Source: an uncultured Eubacteriales bacterium (GTDB lineage Bacteria > Acidobacteriota > Aminicenantia > Aminicenantales > Aminicenantaceae). From it: a stretch of 64,000 nt of DNA. Positions 56,801 to 64,000 of the stretch are shown here, piece after piece. The translations under genes were made by a program, and so were the position numbers. Under the pieces are notes generated by a model. The model did not search any database, was not told where the DNA came from, and saw nothing but the letters and a program-made list of their open reading frames with translations. The stretch spans positions 941 through 64,940 of the forward strand of contig CAYWDH010000011.1 of NCBI GenBank assembly GCA_964456985.1. The letters are read 5' to 3'. Position 1 is the first letter of the stretch, and every line of letters begins with the position of its first letter.

Positions 56801-57165
56801 ACTCATCAAACGCAGATATTCATTACCAAAAATCCTTGTCACAGAAGACGCCTGATTTTTCTGAGCTCAACTTTTATAAAGCCTGCTCTTTAAAAAAATC
56901 AGGCTTTCCACTACAGGCAAGAGAAATTCTCGATCATCTCATCAAAAACGCACAAGACCGCCTGTCAGAAAAAGGCACATCCGAATTCTTCATAAAATTC
57001 GGTTCCCTTCAATCTCCTTCAAAACAGAAGGCTTCGGTTCACTATCTTCTGGGACTGGGTTATATAGGTAAAGGTCTGCTCCAAAAAGCAAAAACTGAAT
57101 TCCAAAAAGCCGTGGAACTGGACATCAATCACTACTGGGCCGCCTTTTACTTGAAAAATCTATGA
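53806..57165 (+). CDS. DUF5107-like N-terminal domain protein with C-terminal TPR repeats, secreted or membrane-anchored
   Basis: 1119 aa overlapping the nagB end (alternative ATGs at 53815/53818). It has a hydrophobic N-terminus (LVLSLLFIGMLFF). The N-terminal 400 aa or so (IWEEDISLPTYLTGEPDIFPIFYNGRAYQGAQGRVYPYPLLD...) resemble what I recall as DUF5107. The C-terminal half is TPR-like. Confidence 0.5.
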   Translation: MRSMMFSRAEKRLVLSLLFIGMLFFNGKYLNGEKTVNIWEEDISLPTYLTGEPDIFPIFYNGRAYQGAQGRVYPYPLLDTLTEIREMKSYRAVYLENKYVKLCVLPEIGGKLFSALDKTNGYDLIYRQSVIKPALIGMLGAWTSGGIEWDFPHHHRPTAFMPVDHTTTENPDGSKTIWIGELELRHRMSWVVGITLYPGRSYIEATVQLINRTPLVHSFLYWANVAVHANEHYQVIFPPDTQYATYHGKNQFTHWPFSREFYHRVDYSKGVDISWWKNHPASTSFFAWQSEGDFLAGYDYGKKAGLIHWADHYTVPGKKLWNWGTGEIGKMWEKILTEKDGPYIELMVGAYSDNQPDYSWIQPYEIKTLKQYWYPLQKIGGVKSANIEAALNFEFPSKDKARIAINLTRFRKNVTVVLFSGENILFKDSSDIGPGNPYVHEVRLPSGISKKDLKVKVFHDNQELISYAPKTMKNEPMPEPVTPPLPPHEIKTIEELYLAGSRLEQFHNPRIDPSKYYEEALRRDPFDFRTNTALGILHIKAAQYPQAEECLRRAVKRITENHTNPRMGRAHYYLGVVLRALEKYKEAEKAFAKSTWDHAWRSAGTYQLAELCCVKKDFSGAMNYLSGILSSTEESAKKTSLKTTILRETKEFVKAENSAQECLRANPLDFWARNELYLISLEKNEPDRAKEVLNELKKLMRDSVQSYLELALDYGNCGFYDEAIDILSRYKKEGKPHPLPFYYLGYFFRKKGQKEKGLELYQKASSLPSDYCFPFRSESIKILKDALKINPKDSKAAYYLGNSLFENQPEKAVSYWEKSRTIDPSFPLVHRNLGLAYSREEKNIEKAVQSMEKALNLTKKNARLFLELDQIYELAGKSPEFRLSLLEENHDVVTSNSDALIREISLLIQTGRYDRAIRIMDAHHFHVWEGGGRIHNYHVDAHLLRGYNHFLSEDYKNALLDYRKTLEYPLNQEVGRPYQGGREAQIHYFIGQAYEHLGDSSNADIHYQKSLSQKTPDFSELNFYKACSLKKSGFPLQAREILDHLIKNAQDRLSEKGTSEFFIKFGSLQSPSKQKASVHYLLGLGYIGKGLLQKAKTEFQKAVELDINHYWAAFYLKNL

Positions 57166-57180
57166 TCCACCCAGATGACT

Positions 57181-57822
57181 TTAAATATTAAAACCGTACA
57201 GAATCCCGATCCCGAATTCCAGCCCCCCCAGATTCACTTTAATGTCATTGACCTCAGCCACAGCTCTGGAAAACCGGAGAACCGCTTTTATTTTTAGGAA
57301 TTCAAACAGCGGAGGACGATAATAAACTCCGACCTCCACATGAAATCCTGCTTCTCCCCCTGAAGAATCGCCCATAAGGCTTGTTTCTTTGTACAGGATA
57401 TAGTCAGCCCCGGCGCCCAGGTACGGAGTGAAATCACCTTTTGCCAGCATATACTTCCCGGTCAGCGTAATGGGTGTCATTGAAAAGTTAGTATGTATTT
57501 TAGTCTCAGTGGACCGCCCTGACTTTGAAAACCCTCTTATTTCAAGAGACAGCCCTAAAAATGAGTTATTTTTCAATGAAAAAAGATGGGATACTTCGAC
57601 TCCGGTTATAGCTCCGGAATTTCCGAATATTTGTCTGTATCTATCTGAAGACACTCTGTAGTTCCCGATGAAAAAACCAACCATGGTGTTCACATCAGAG
57701 GCAATCTTTTTATCATCCGGGGAATCATCCCCTTTCATCTGCGCCCCTCCTGCTGTAGTAGGAAAAAGGATAAAACAAACGGTCAGCACAACCATGAACA
57801 GCGAAAAAACGTCTTTTTTCAT
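57181..57822 (-). CDS. Small outer-membrane beta-barrel protein (OmpW / porin-like)
   Basis: ORF 57181..57855. I prefer the ATG at 57822 (MKKDVFSLFMVVLTVCFILF signal), which forms an ATGA overlap with the upstream gene stop. The sequence shows an alternating hydrophobic pattern and ends in an aromatic-rich beta-strand (GIGILYGFNI). Confidence 0.6.
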   Translation of the reverse strand: MKKDVFSLFMVVLTVCFILFPTTAGGAQMKGDDSPDDKKIASDVNTMVGFFIGNYRVSSDRYRQIFGNSGAITGVEVSHLFSLKNNSFLGLSLEIRGFSKSGRSTETKIHTNFSMTPITLTGKYMLAKGDFTPYLGAGADYILYKETSLMGDSSGGEAGFHVEVGVYYRPPLFEFLKIKAVLRFSRAVAEVNDIKVNLGGLEFGIGILYGFNI

Positions 57823-59891
57823 TTCACAGAACCCACACCCAGCATATTGGAACACGGCCCTTCGACATCATCATTTCTCACCAGAGAAACAACATAATGG
57901 TAGCTCTCGCCAGGGTCTATATTCTTATCAAAATATCTCAGATGATCAACCAGCATGTTGATTTGAAGAAACGCAACTTCATGAAAACTGCTGACAGGCT
58001 CAGAATAGGTTTTTCTGTACACTTTATACCCTTTGAAAATAGCTTCCTGAGACAATTTCGCACTTTCCTGCCATACAATCAGATTCACCGGCTCTGAATC
58101 AAAAAGGATCTCATCATAAACCCTTCTCCCTTCTATTATGGTCGGAGGAAAGGGAAAGACCTCGATCTCCTCAAACCAATTTTCAGCCATAAATTCATAT
58201 CCCTTCTCATTTGGATGAAGCCTGTCATTACTAAGCAGGGACCTCCAAGTTTCGTCCCCTTCCTCATAGGCCCAAAACGCATCAAACATATCGAGAAAAG
58301 GGATATGCAGCCGGCCCGGGATTTCTCTTATGCTGTCATTCAATGTGTACAGTCTCTGTTTATAAAAAGGAAAGTACCACCACAGATCATCCCTCGGAAG
58401 AATCGTGGAGATCAAGGGCATCACTCCGAATTCCAGACAGGTCTTTGCTATCTCTTCCAGGTTAAAAGCAGAAGTATCCATGGTTATGCTGTTCGTCACC
58501 ACGTCGTTCGTTCCCTCCAACAATAAAAGATATCTTCCATCGCTCGTGGATAAGGTACTGCTGATTCTCAATAATCCTCCCAGGGTTTTTTCTGATGGGG
58601 CTCCTTCGTTCAGGACTTCTGAATTTCCATAGGCTGTGTTCAGTTTTTCCTCCAGTCTGGGTATATACCCCTTATCAGGGGCCGGCGATGAATCGATATA
58701 TCCGTATGTTATGCTGTCCCCGAATCCTATGTATACATTATCCTTCCGGGCCGGATTGATCGTTATCTTCTTCTCTGTTTTTTCTCTAACTTTTTCCTCA
58801 TTTTCCTTTAAATCATCAAAATACAGAACTTGAGAGTTCAAGATTTGTTTGGATTCCCAGACTAATCCGATTCTTCCCTGTTCCGTCACGACCTGGGGGG
58901 AATAGATAAAACTCTCTTTTTTTGTGACTAAGCCAATCTCTTCAGTCCATTTGTTTTGATCCCTGTATGTGCAGAAAATTCCGTTTTCTTTTCCTGAAGA
59001 GCGGCTCCAGATAACAAGGGGGATGCGGCCCCATACCATACTTATTTGAGGATAGACATCTGTGCATAGGTTATCTGTAAGTGTTTCCTCTTCGCTCCAG
59101 CCTGAAAGGGTCAAATGACATGAGAAAATCTCATAATCTCTTCCGTCATAAGCAGACCATACAAGCCACGGCAGTCCATCAGGTCCTGTTTCTGCATTAA
59201 CGAGTATATGAGGATACTCATTGTTCTGGTTTACTCTGCCTGGTACTGACCAATAAACGCCATCAAAAAAACTGTAAAATATCTCTTCTCTCCCTGTTTG
59301 GACCTGGGTCCAGAACACCCATATTCTGTTCCATGCATCCACGATTATTTGAGGACATTGAATTTCGGAATAATTAAAATTATTTACGACCCAATACCCC
59401 TCAAATCCCTTGTGTTTTACGATCAGCGCATTTTGAGACTCAGAATGAAGAACCCAAAGAGCCCATAGATCATTGGCCCTGTCAAAACAAAAATCAGGGG
59501 AATCGATATATCCTTTTTCCCTGAACAGAAGACTGTATTCCGACAATTCTGAATTTTTTAGAGTTCCTGAAAACACATCTGAATTTTCATATCCACTCAC
59601 AACCCAGAGCATATGAATCTGGTTGGTTCTGTCCTTCTTTACTATTGGAGAACAAATACCCTCACACTGGAGAAGATTCTGCACTTCCCTGTACTGCGAG
59701 CCCATTCCCTTGGTAGCAAAATTGAATCTGCTTGCATCTTCCCTATAAAAAATCTGGAGTTCTCCCCGTTCATTTATGATCGGGGAAGCCATTTGACCCT
59801 TTATGACGGGATTTTTTATTTTTGCATTAAGGAGGCCATGAAACAGAACGATACATAAAATCAAAGAAATAATAAGGTGCTTATTTTTCAT
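57819..59891 (-). CDS. Secreted multidomain protein: N-terminal propeller-like region + SGNH/GDSL hydrolase domain + C-terminal beta-sandwich
   Basis: 690 aa with a signal peptide. It has repeated W-rich blades (IHMLWVVSG, LWALWVLHS, RIWVFWTQV, LPWLVWSAYDG, IPLVIWSRSSG, RIGLVWESK). SGNH blocks are present: GFGDSITYG (block I), EGTNDV (block III) and DRLHPNEKGY (block V). Confidence 0.7.
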   Translation of the reverse strand: MKNKHLIISLILCIVLFHGLLNAKIKNPVIKGQMASPIINERGELQIFYREDASRFNFATKGMGSQYREVQNLLQCEGICSPIVKKDRTNQIHMLWVVSGYENSDVFSGTLKNSELSEYSLLFREKGYIDSPDFCFDRANDLWALWVLHSESQNALIVKHKGFEGYWVVNNFNYSEIQCPQIIVDAWNRIWVFWTQVQTGREEIFYSFFDGVYWSVPGRVNQNNEYPHILVNAETGPDGLPWLVWSAYDGRDYEIFSCHLTLSGWSEEETLTDNLCTDVYPQISMVWGRIPLVIWSRSSGKENGIFCTYRDQNKWTEEIGLVTKKESFIYSPQVVTEQGRIGLVWESKQILNSQVLYFDDLKENEEKVREKTEKKITINPARKDNVYIGFGDSITYGYIDSSPAPDKGYIPRLEEKLNTAYGNSEVLNEGAPSEKTLGGLLRISSTLSTSDGRYLLLLEGTNDVVTNSITMDTSAFNLEEIAKTCLEFGVMPLISTILPRDDLWWYFPFYKQRLYTLNDSIREIPGRLHIPFLDMFDAFWAYEEGDETWRSLLSNDRLHPNEKGYEFMAENWFEEIEVFPFPPTIIEGRRVYDEILFDSEPVNLIVWQESAKLSQEAIFKGYKVYRKTYSEPVSSFHEVAFLQINMLVDHLRYFDKNIDPGESYHYVVSLVRNDDVEGPCSNMLGVGSVK

Positions 59892-59943
59892 ATTCTCTTT
59901 ATATCAATTGACAATGATTTATTCAATAACGTTTCTCTAAAAA

Positions 59944-60891
59944 TCAATTCCAGTCCGGATACACATCATTCCCAGGTGAATCAAAAAGAAAAAACACTTC
60001 TCCGGTCTTGACGTCGACGATACAAAGCTTTCCAATATGATCGTGCTTCAAAGAAGAATTAAATACAATAAATTTTCCGTCAGGAGACCAGGAGGGGAAA
60101 TAGTCGTATGTGTCGTCCTGTTTCGTTAATCTCGTCTTCTGGCTACCGTCCGGATTCATAAGCCATACATCACCTTTCCCATCAGCCAGAGAACAAACAT
60201 ACGCGATTTTTTTTCCATCCGGTGAGAACCGGCCCCGGCAGCTTTTTCCACTCTGTTCAAGAAATTCAACCTTTTTTTTCTTCAAATCATAGACAGCAAC
60301 GTCCCAACCAAAGGTTCTTTTTCCGGTAAACGTAAGGAGGGAAGCATCCGGAGAGACCCAGGGAACGATATTCTTTCTGTTGAAGTCCTGAATGATCTGT
60401 TGGGTTCTTTTCGTATGTATATCTATTTTAAAAAGAAAATCCTTGTTTCTAAAGGCACCACCCATATTTTTTGCATAGGCTATGGTTTTATTATCGGGAA
60501 ACCAGGCCGGCGTCATCTCTTTTCTTGAGGATGTGGTTATTTGCCGGATATCCGAACCATCCGATTTCATAGTGAAAATATCATAATTCCCATTCGGGTT
60601 GGCTGAAAAAGCAATCTTTTTTCCATCAGGGGACCATACAGGGTATTCATCCTGCCAGTTATTATCAGTCAATTTTTTCAGTCCCTTCATGGATATCATA
60701 TAGATCTCATTATTTCCTTCAAAGTCTGACTGGAAGATTATCTCCCCCTTGAAGTTGATTTCAGGATGAAAAAACCCCTGGGCTGCTTTTTCTTCAGATA
60801 CCTCGTTTGTATTCCTATTCTTCCCCGAGCACATAGATAAAAAAGATAAACAAATGAGAATAATAAAAACGAATTTCCCGTTCCTACCCAT
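59944..60891 (-). CDS. TolB-like PD40 beta-propeller lipoprotein
   Basis: 315 aa with a lipobox (LSFLSMC). It has PD40 repeats (WSPDGKKIAF, WFPDNKTIAY, VSPDASLLTF, FSPDGKKIAY, WSPDGKFIVF). Confidence 0.75.
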   Translation of the reverse strand: MGRNGKFVFIILICLSFLSMCSGKNRNTNEVSEEKAAQGFFHPEINFKGEIIFQSDFEGNNEIYMISMKGLKKLTDNNWQDEYPVWSPDGKKIAFSANPNGNYDIFTMKSDGSDIRQITTSSRKEMTPAWFPDNKTIAYAKNMGGAFRNKDFLFKIDIHTKRTQQIIQDFNRKNIVPWVSPDASLLTFTGKRTFGWDVAVYDLKKKKVEFLEQSGKSCRGRFSPDGKKIAYVCSLADGKGDVWLMNPDGSQKTRLTKQDDTYDYFPSWSPDGKFIVFNSSLKHDHIGKLCIVDVKTGEVFFLFDSPGNDVYPDWN

Positions 60892-60952
60892 AGTACTGAA
60901 ATCCTATCACCGCCGTTTATCCAAGTCAATTATCATCCGTTTCTGAAGGTCT

Positions 60953-62938
60953 CTATTCAAACGGCTCTCTCTCTTTCTTTTTTGATCCTTTCCTATTTAT
61001 TTGCAGCAGATCATCCAGACTTTTTCTTCTTTCTTCCCACAAGGCATACGAACCGTTTAACTCTTTCTCAATTTCACTCAGCTCTTTCTGCAGGGAGACA
61101 ATGGTTTTGACATCTCTATGTGTGTCTTCAAGGCAAAATATGTTTTCTATCTGCTTTTTGCGGTTCTCCAGATATTCGATCCTCTGCTCTATGCCAGAGA
61201 TTTCAGCTTCAAGTTTATTCCTTTCCTTGCTTATTCTCTGCCTTTTCTCCGCTTCCATTCTTTTCTGTTGCTTTGTTTTCCTCTTCGCTCCATTCTCTTC
61301 TTCTTTTTTTTGCATCTGGCCGCCATTGATATCCTCTTCTCTCTCATCCCTCCTTTTTTCTAAATAATACGAGTAATCCCCCGCATATTCATTGAGATTT
61401 TTATTTTTGAGCTCAACGACACGGCTTACAATTTTATCCAGGAAAAACCGATCATGAGAAATAACCATCAGGCTTCCACTATAGGCTTTTAATGCTTCCT
61501 CGAGCGCTTCCAGTGACGACAAATCCAAATGATTGGTCGGTTCGTCCATGATTAAAAAATTCACTTCGGACAGGAGTATTTTTACAAGAGAAACCCTTGC
61601 TTTTTCTCCTCCTGAGAGGACACTGATCTTCTTGTAAACATCATCACCGCTGAACTGGAAAATCCCCAGGGCTTCTCTTATCCGAGGCATGTTGCTTGTT
61701 GAAACCGAACGCGCCACCTCATCAAATACAGTTGAGTCAAGGTTTAGATCAAAAGCCTGTTGCTGGGCGTAATAGCCTGTCTTTGTTCTCCTACCTAATT
61801 CAATGGTTCCTTTCTGAGGCATTAATTTCTCTGCAATCAATCGGGTCAGAGTGGTTTTCCCAGCCCCGTTCTCTCCGACCAGAGCGATCTTTTCTCTCCT
61901 GCATAGATGTAAATTGATACCTTCTAACACCCATTCTTTATCATATTTGAAGGAAAGGTCTTTGATCTTTAAAACATCCTTATAACTTTTTACACCTACA
62001 TCCAAATGAAAACTCAATTTCTTTTCCAAAGGAGGTCTTTCAAGACGTTCCATTTTTTCCAATGCTTTTATCCGGCTTTGGACTTGGCCCGCCCTTTTCT
62101 TATCGTATCGATACCTCCGGATGAACTCTTCCTGCCTTTTTATTTCTGATTCCTGGGTTTCCCATCTCTTTCTCAGCAATCGGTCCTTTTTTTTCTTCTC
62201 TTCCTCATAATGCCTGTAATTTCCTGGATAATGCTCAAGTTGACCGCGGTTCAGCTCCCAGATACTCTGAGCCAGGCGGTCAATAAAAAAACGGTCGTGA
62301 GAAACAATAATCATGGTTCCCGGAAAATCAAATAAATACTGTTCCAGCCACTCTAGAGAGGGAAGGTCCAAATGGTTTGTAGGTTCATCCAGCAGCAGCA
62401 GATCAGGTTCTTGAAGAAGCATACGGGCAAGATGCACTCTCATGCGCCACCCTCCGCTGAACTCGCTTAGTTCTCTGTTGAAATCCTCCTTTTTAAATCC
62501 GAGTCCAGACAGCACAGCTTGAGCTCGGGACTCGAGACCGTATCCCCCTAAGGACTCATACCGCCGCTCATATTCTCCTAACTGCAGCAGCCATTTTTGG
62601 TTCTGCTCAGGATTGGAATCCAGCATATTGTGCACATCGGTAATTTTCATCCCGAGGGAATATATCTCCGTGCATGCTTTCATAACTGAATCCAGAAGAA
62701 CTCCTCCCTCAATATTGATCTCTTCCTGAGGAAGATACCCTATTTTGTACTTTTTAGGCTTTAAAATACGCCCCTTATCAGGCTGTAGTTCTCCGGCTAT
62801 GATGCGAAACAAAGTCGTTTTTCCGGCTCCATTAGGGCCTATGAGCGCACTCCTTTGCCCTTTTGGGATAGACCACTCCACTCCTTTGAGAAGCTCTAAG
62901 TTGCCAATCGAATAATAAAGACCTTTTATCTGCAGCAC
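60953..62938 (-). CDS. ABC-F family ATPase (two ABC cassettes, no TM domain) with C-terminal coiled coil
   Basis: 661 aa with a GTG start. Two Walker A motifs (GPNGAGKTT, GENGAGKTT) are present. There are two signature motifs (FSGGWRMR, LSGGEKAR), two Walker B motifs (LLLLDEPTNHLD, FLIMDEPTNHLD) and a K/E-rich tail. Confidence 0.9.
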   Translation of the reverse strand: MLQIKGLYYSIGNLELLKGVEWSIPKGQRSALIGPNGAGKTTLFRIIAGELQPDKGRILKPKKYKIGYLPQEEINIEGGVLLDSVMKACTEIYSLGMKITDVHNMLDSNPEQNQKWLLQLGEYERRYESLGGYGLESRAQAVLSGLGFKKEDFNRELSEFSGGWRMRVHLARMLLQEPDLLLLDEPTNHLDLPSLEWLEQYLFDFPGTMIIVSHDRFFIDRLAQSIWELNRGQLEHYPGNYRHYEEEKKKKDRLLRKRWETQESEIKRQEEFIRRYRYDKKRAGQVQSRIKALEKMERLERPPLEKKLSFHLDVGVKSYKDVLKIKDLSFKYDKEWVLEGINLHLCRREKIALVGENGAGKTTLTRLIAEKLMPQKGTIELGRRTKTGYYAQQQAFDLNLDSTVFDEVARSVSTSNMPRIREALGIFQFSGDDVYKKISVLSGGEKARVSLVKILLSEVNFLIMDEPTNHLDLSSLEALEEALKAYSGSLMVISHDRFFLDKIVSRVVELKNKNLNEYAGDYSYYLEKRRDEREEDINGGQMQKKEEENGAKRKTKQQKRMEAEKRQRISKERNKLEAEISGIEQRIEYLENRKKQIENIFCLEDTHRDVKTIVSLQKELSEIEKELNGSYALWEERRKSLDDLLQINRKGSKKKEREPFE

Positions 62939-63123
62939 CGTCGATTCGTCCTATCCATACAATCTAGCAGATATGTTTTCCGTTGAAAAGGATTTCCAAC
63001 AAAATGTTCGGCTCCTTTTTTTTAAAATACCTTGTATATCCCCAAAATAATGTCAATAATGAAAACACTGCCATTCTTTTATGGATAGTTAAGGATAATA
63101 TTCATTCACAGGGAGATAAGAAC

Positions 63124-64000
63124 ATGACTGAAACATTCAAGCACATAGAAACAAAAATCATCCATGCCGGAGACCCAAAACCGCCTATAAAAGGCGCTGT
63201 GAACCTTCCTGTTTTCCAGAGTTCAACATATGAATATAAGGGGCAGGGCAAACTAAAATACATTAGGCTGAGCAACACTCCCAATCATGAGGCCTTGCAC
63301 AAAAAGCTTTCATCCCTTGAAAATGCAGAATCAGCATTGGTCGCTGCAAGTGGGATGGCTGCTATAGCAACAACATTTCTGACTATTCTCTCGCCGGAAG
63401 ATCACTTCTTAGCCCTGGACTGTTTGTACGGAGGAACCAAAGGATTTATCAAAAATGTCTTGGACAAACTGAGCATACATCATGACCTCATTGATGGAAA
63501 CAAACCTGAATCCTGGAAATCGAAATTAAAACCCGAGACACGAGCCATTTATGTGGAAACCATGACCAATCCCCTCCTTCAAGTCCCAGATCTAAAGTCC
63601 GTAGTTAAATTTGCACAGGATAACAACCTTGTTTCCATAATTGATAACACATTTGCTTCTCCCATTAACTTCCGGCCTCCTGAACATGGATTTGATATCT
63701 CCCTTCACAGCTGTACAAAGTATCTGAACGGACACTCTGACATCGTGGGAGGGGCCATCATAGGCAGATCCGAACACATAGAAAAAATCAAGCCAACATT
63801 AAAATACCTGGGTGGATCAATGGATCCTCATGTATGCTTTCTTCTCTACAGAGGAATCAAGACACTGTCATTAAGAGTGCACTATCAAAACTCAAGCGCC
63901 CTGCAAATCGCCGAGTTTTTAGAATCTCACAATAAAGTGGAAAAAGTGAACTACCCGGGTCTCAAAAGCCACCCACAACACAGATCAGCAAAAGAGATGT
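63124..64000 (+). CDS. Cys/Met-metabolism PLP-dependent enzyme (cystathionine gamma-synthase / beta-lyase / methionine gamma-lyase family), truncated by the right window edge
   Basis: Absent from the ORF track because there is no in-window stop. From the ATG at 63124 it reads MTETFKHIETKIIHAGDPKPPIKGAVNLPVFQSSTYEY...LVAASGMAAI...IIDNTFASP...SLHSCTKYLNGHSDIVGG (PLP-lysine block)...YPGLKSHPQH. Confidence 0.8.
   Translation, partial: MTETFKHIETKIIHAGDPKPPIKGAVNLPVFQSSTYEYKGQGKLKYIRLSNTPNHEALHKKLSSLENAESALVAASGMAAIATTFLTILSPEDHFLALDCLYGGTKGFIKNVLDKLSIHHDLIDGNKPESWKSKLKPETRAIYVETMTNPLLQVPDLKSVVKFAQDNNLVSIIDNTFASPINFRPPEHGFDISLHSCTKYLNGHSDIVGGAIIGRSEHIEKIKPTLKYLGGSMDPHVCFLLYRGIKTLSLRVHYQNSSALQIAEFLESHNKVEKVNYPGLKSHPQHRSAKEM

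Noticed and set aside
62939-63123. Possible SAM or T-box riboswitch upstream of the Cys/Met-metabolism PLP enzyme gene.
   Set aside because: I could not find the conserved SAM-I core or a T-box sequence in the 185-nt leader. No structure can be supported by eye.

Overview
64-kb window from a low-GC bacterial chromosome (roughly low-to-mid 40s % GC by eye; taxon not determinable from sequence alone). Coding density is high, with about 40 CDSs. All calls come from reading the ORF translations and DNA; no searches or computations were run. Four themes stand out. (1) Extracytoplasmic peptide and amino-acid scavenging: two tricorn-like S41 proteases, S9 and M20 peptidases, TolB-like propellers, two Asp/Glu-racemase-fold proteins, and a three-subunit opine/D-hydroxyproline/HcnABC-type flavoprotein dehydrogenase. 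(2) Glycan and amino-sugar catabolism: a heparinase II/III-like lyase, a GH38 mannosidase, a Gfo/Idh/MocA oxidoreductase, a URO-D-like protein, an Eda-KdgK fusion, an SDR, two flavoproteins, nagA, two phosphohexomutase paralogs, nagB and a DUF5107/TPR protein. (3) Housekeeping genes: pfkA, a cold-shock protein, an ABC-F ATPase and a Cys/Met-metabolism PLP enzyme. (4) The most unusual feature is a family of nine co-oriented intergenic repeats (about 60-140 bp) in two arrays, 17.1-22.5 kb and 42.2-53.0 kb. The eight copies that keep the left half carry an invariant TTGACC-N18-TATTAT promoter-like core. Most copies also carry a conserved leader of about 75 nt ending in ttcctat. Each copy sits 11-141 nt upstream of a + strand gene of unrelated function. 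Two copies are physically continuous with fragments of an IS91-family (Y2, rolling-circle) transposase gene. I therefore interpret the family as decayed ISCR/IS91-like ends that act as portable outward promoters flanking acquired genes. The second array appears to interrupt a nagA-mutase...nagB amino-sugar operon. No rRNA, tRNA or CRISPR array was seen. Two edge-truncated genes missing from the ORF track were recovered by hand (1..1203 minus strand; 63124..64000 plus strand).
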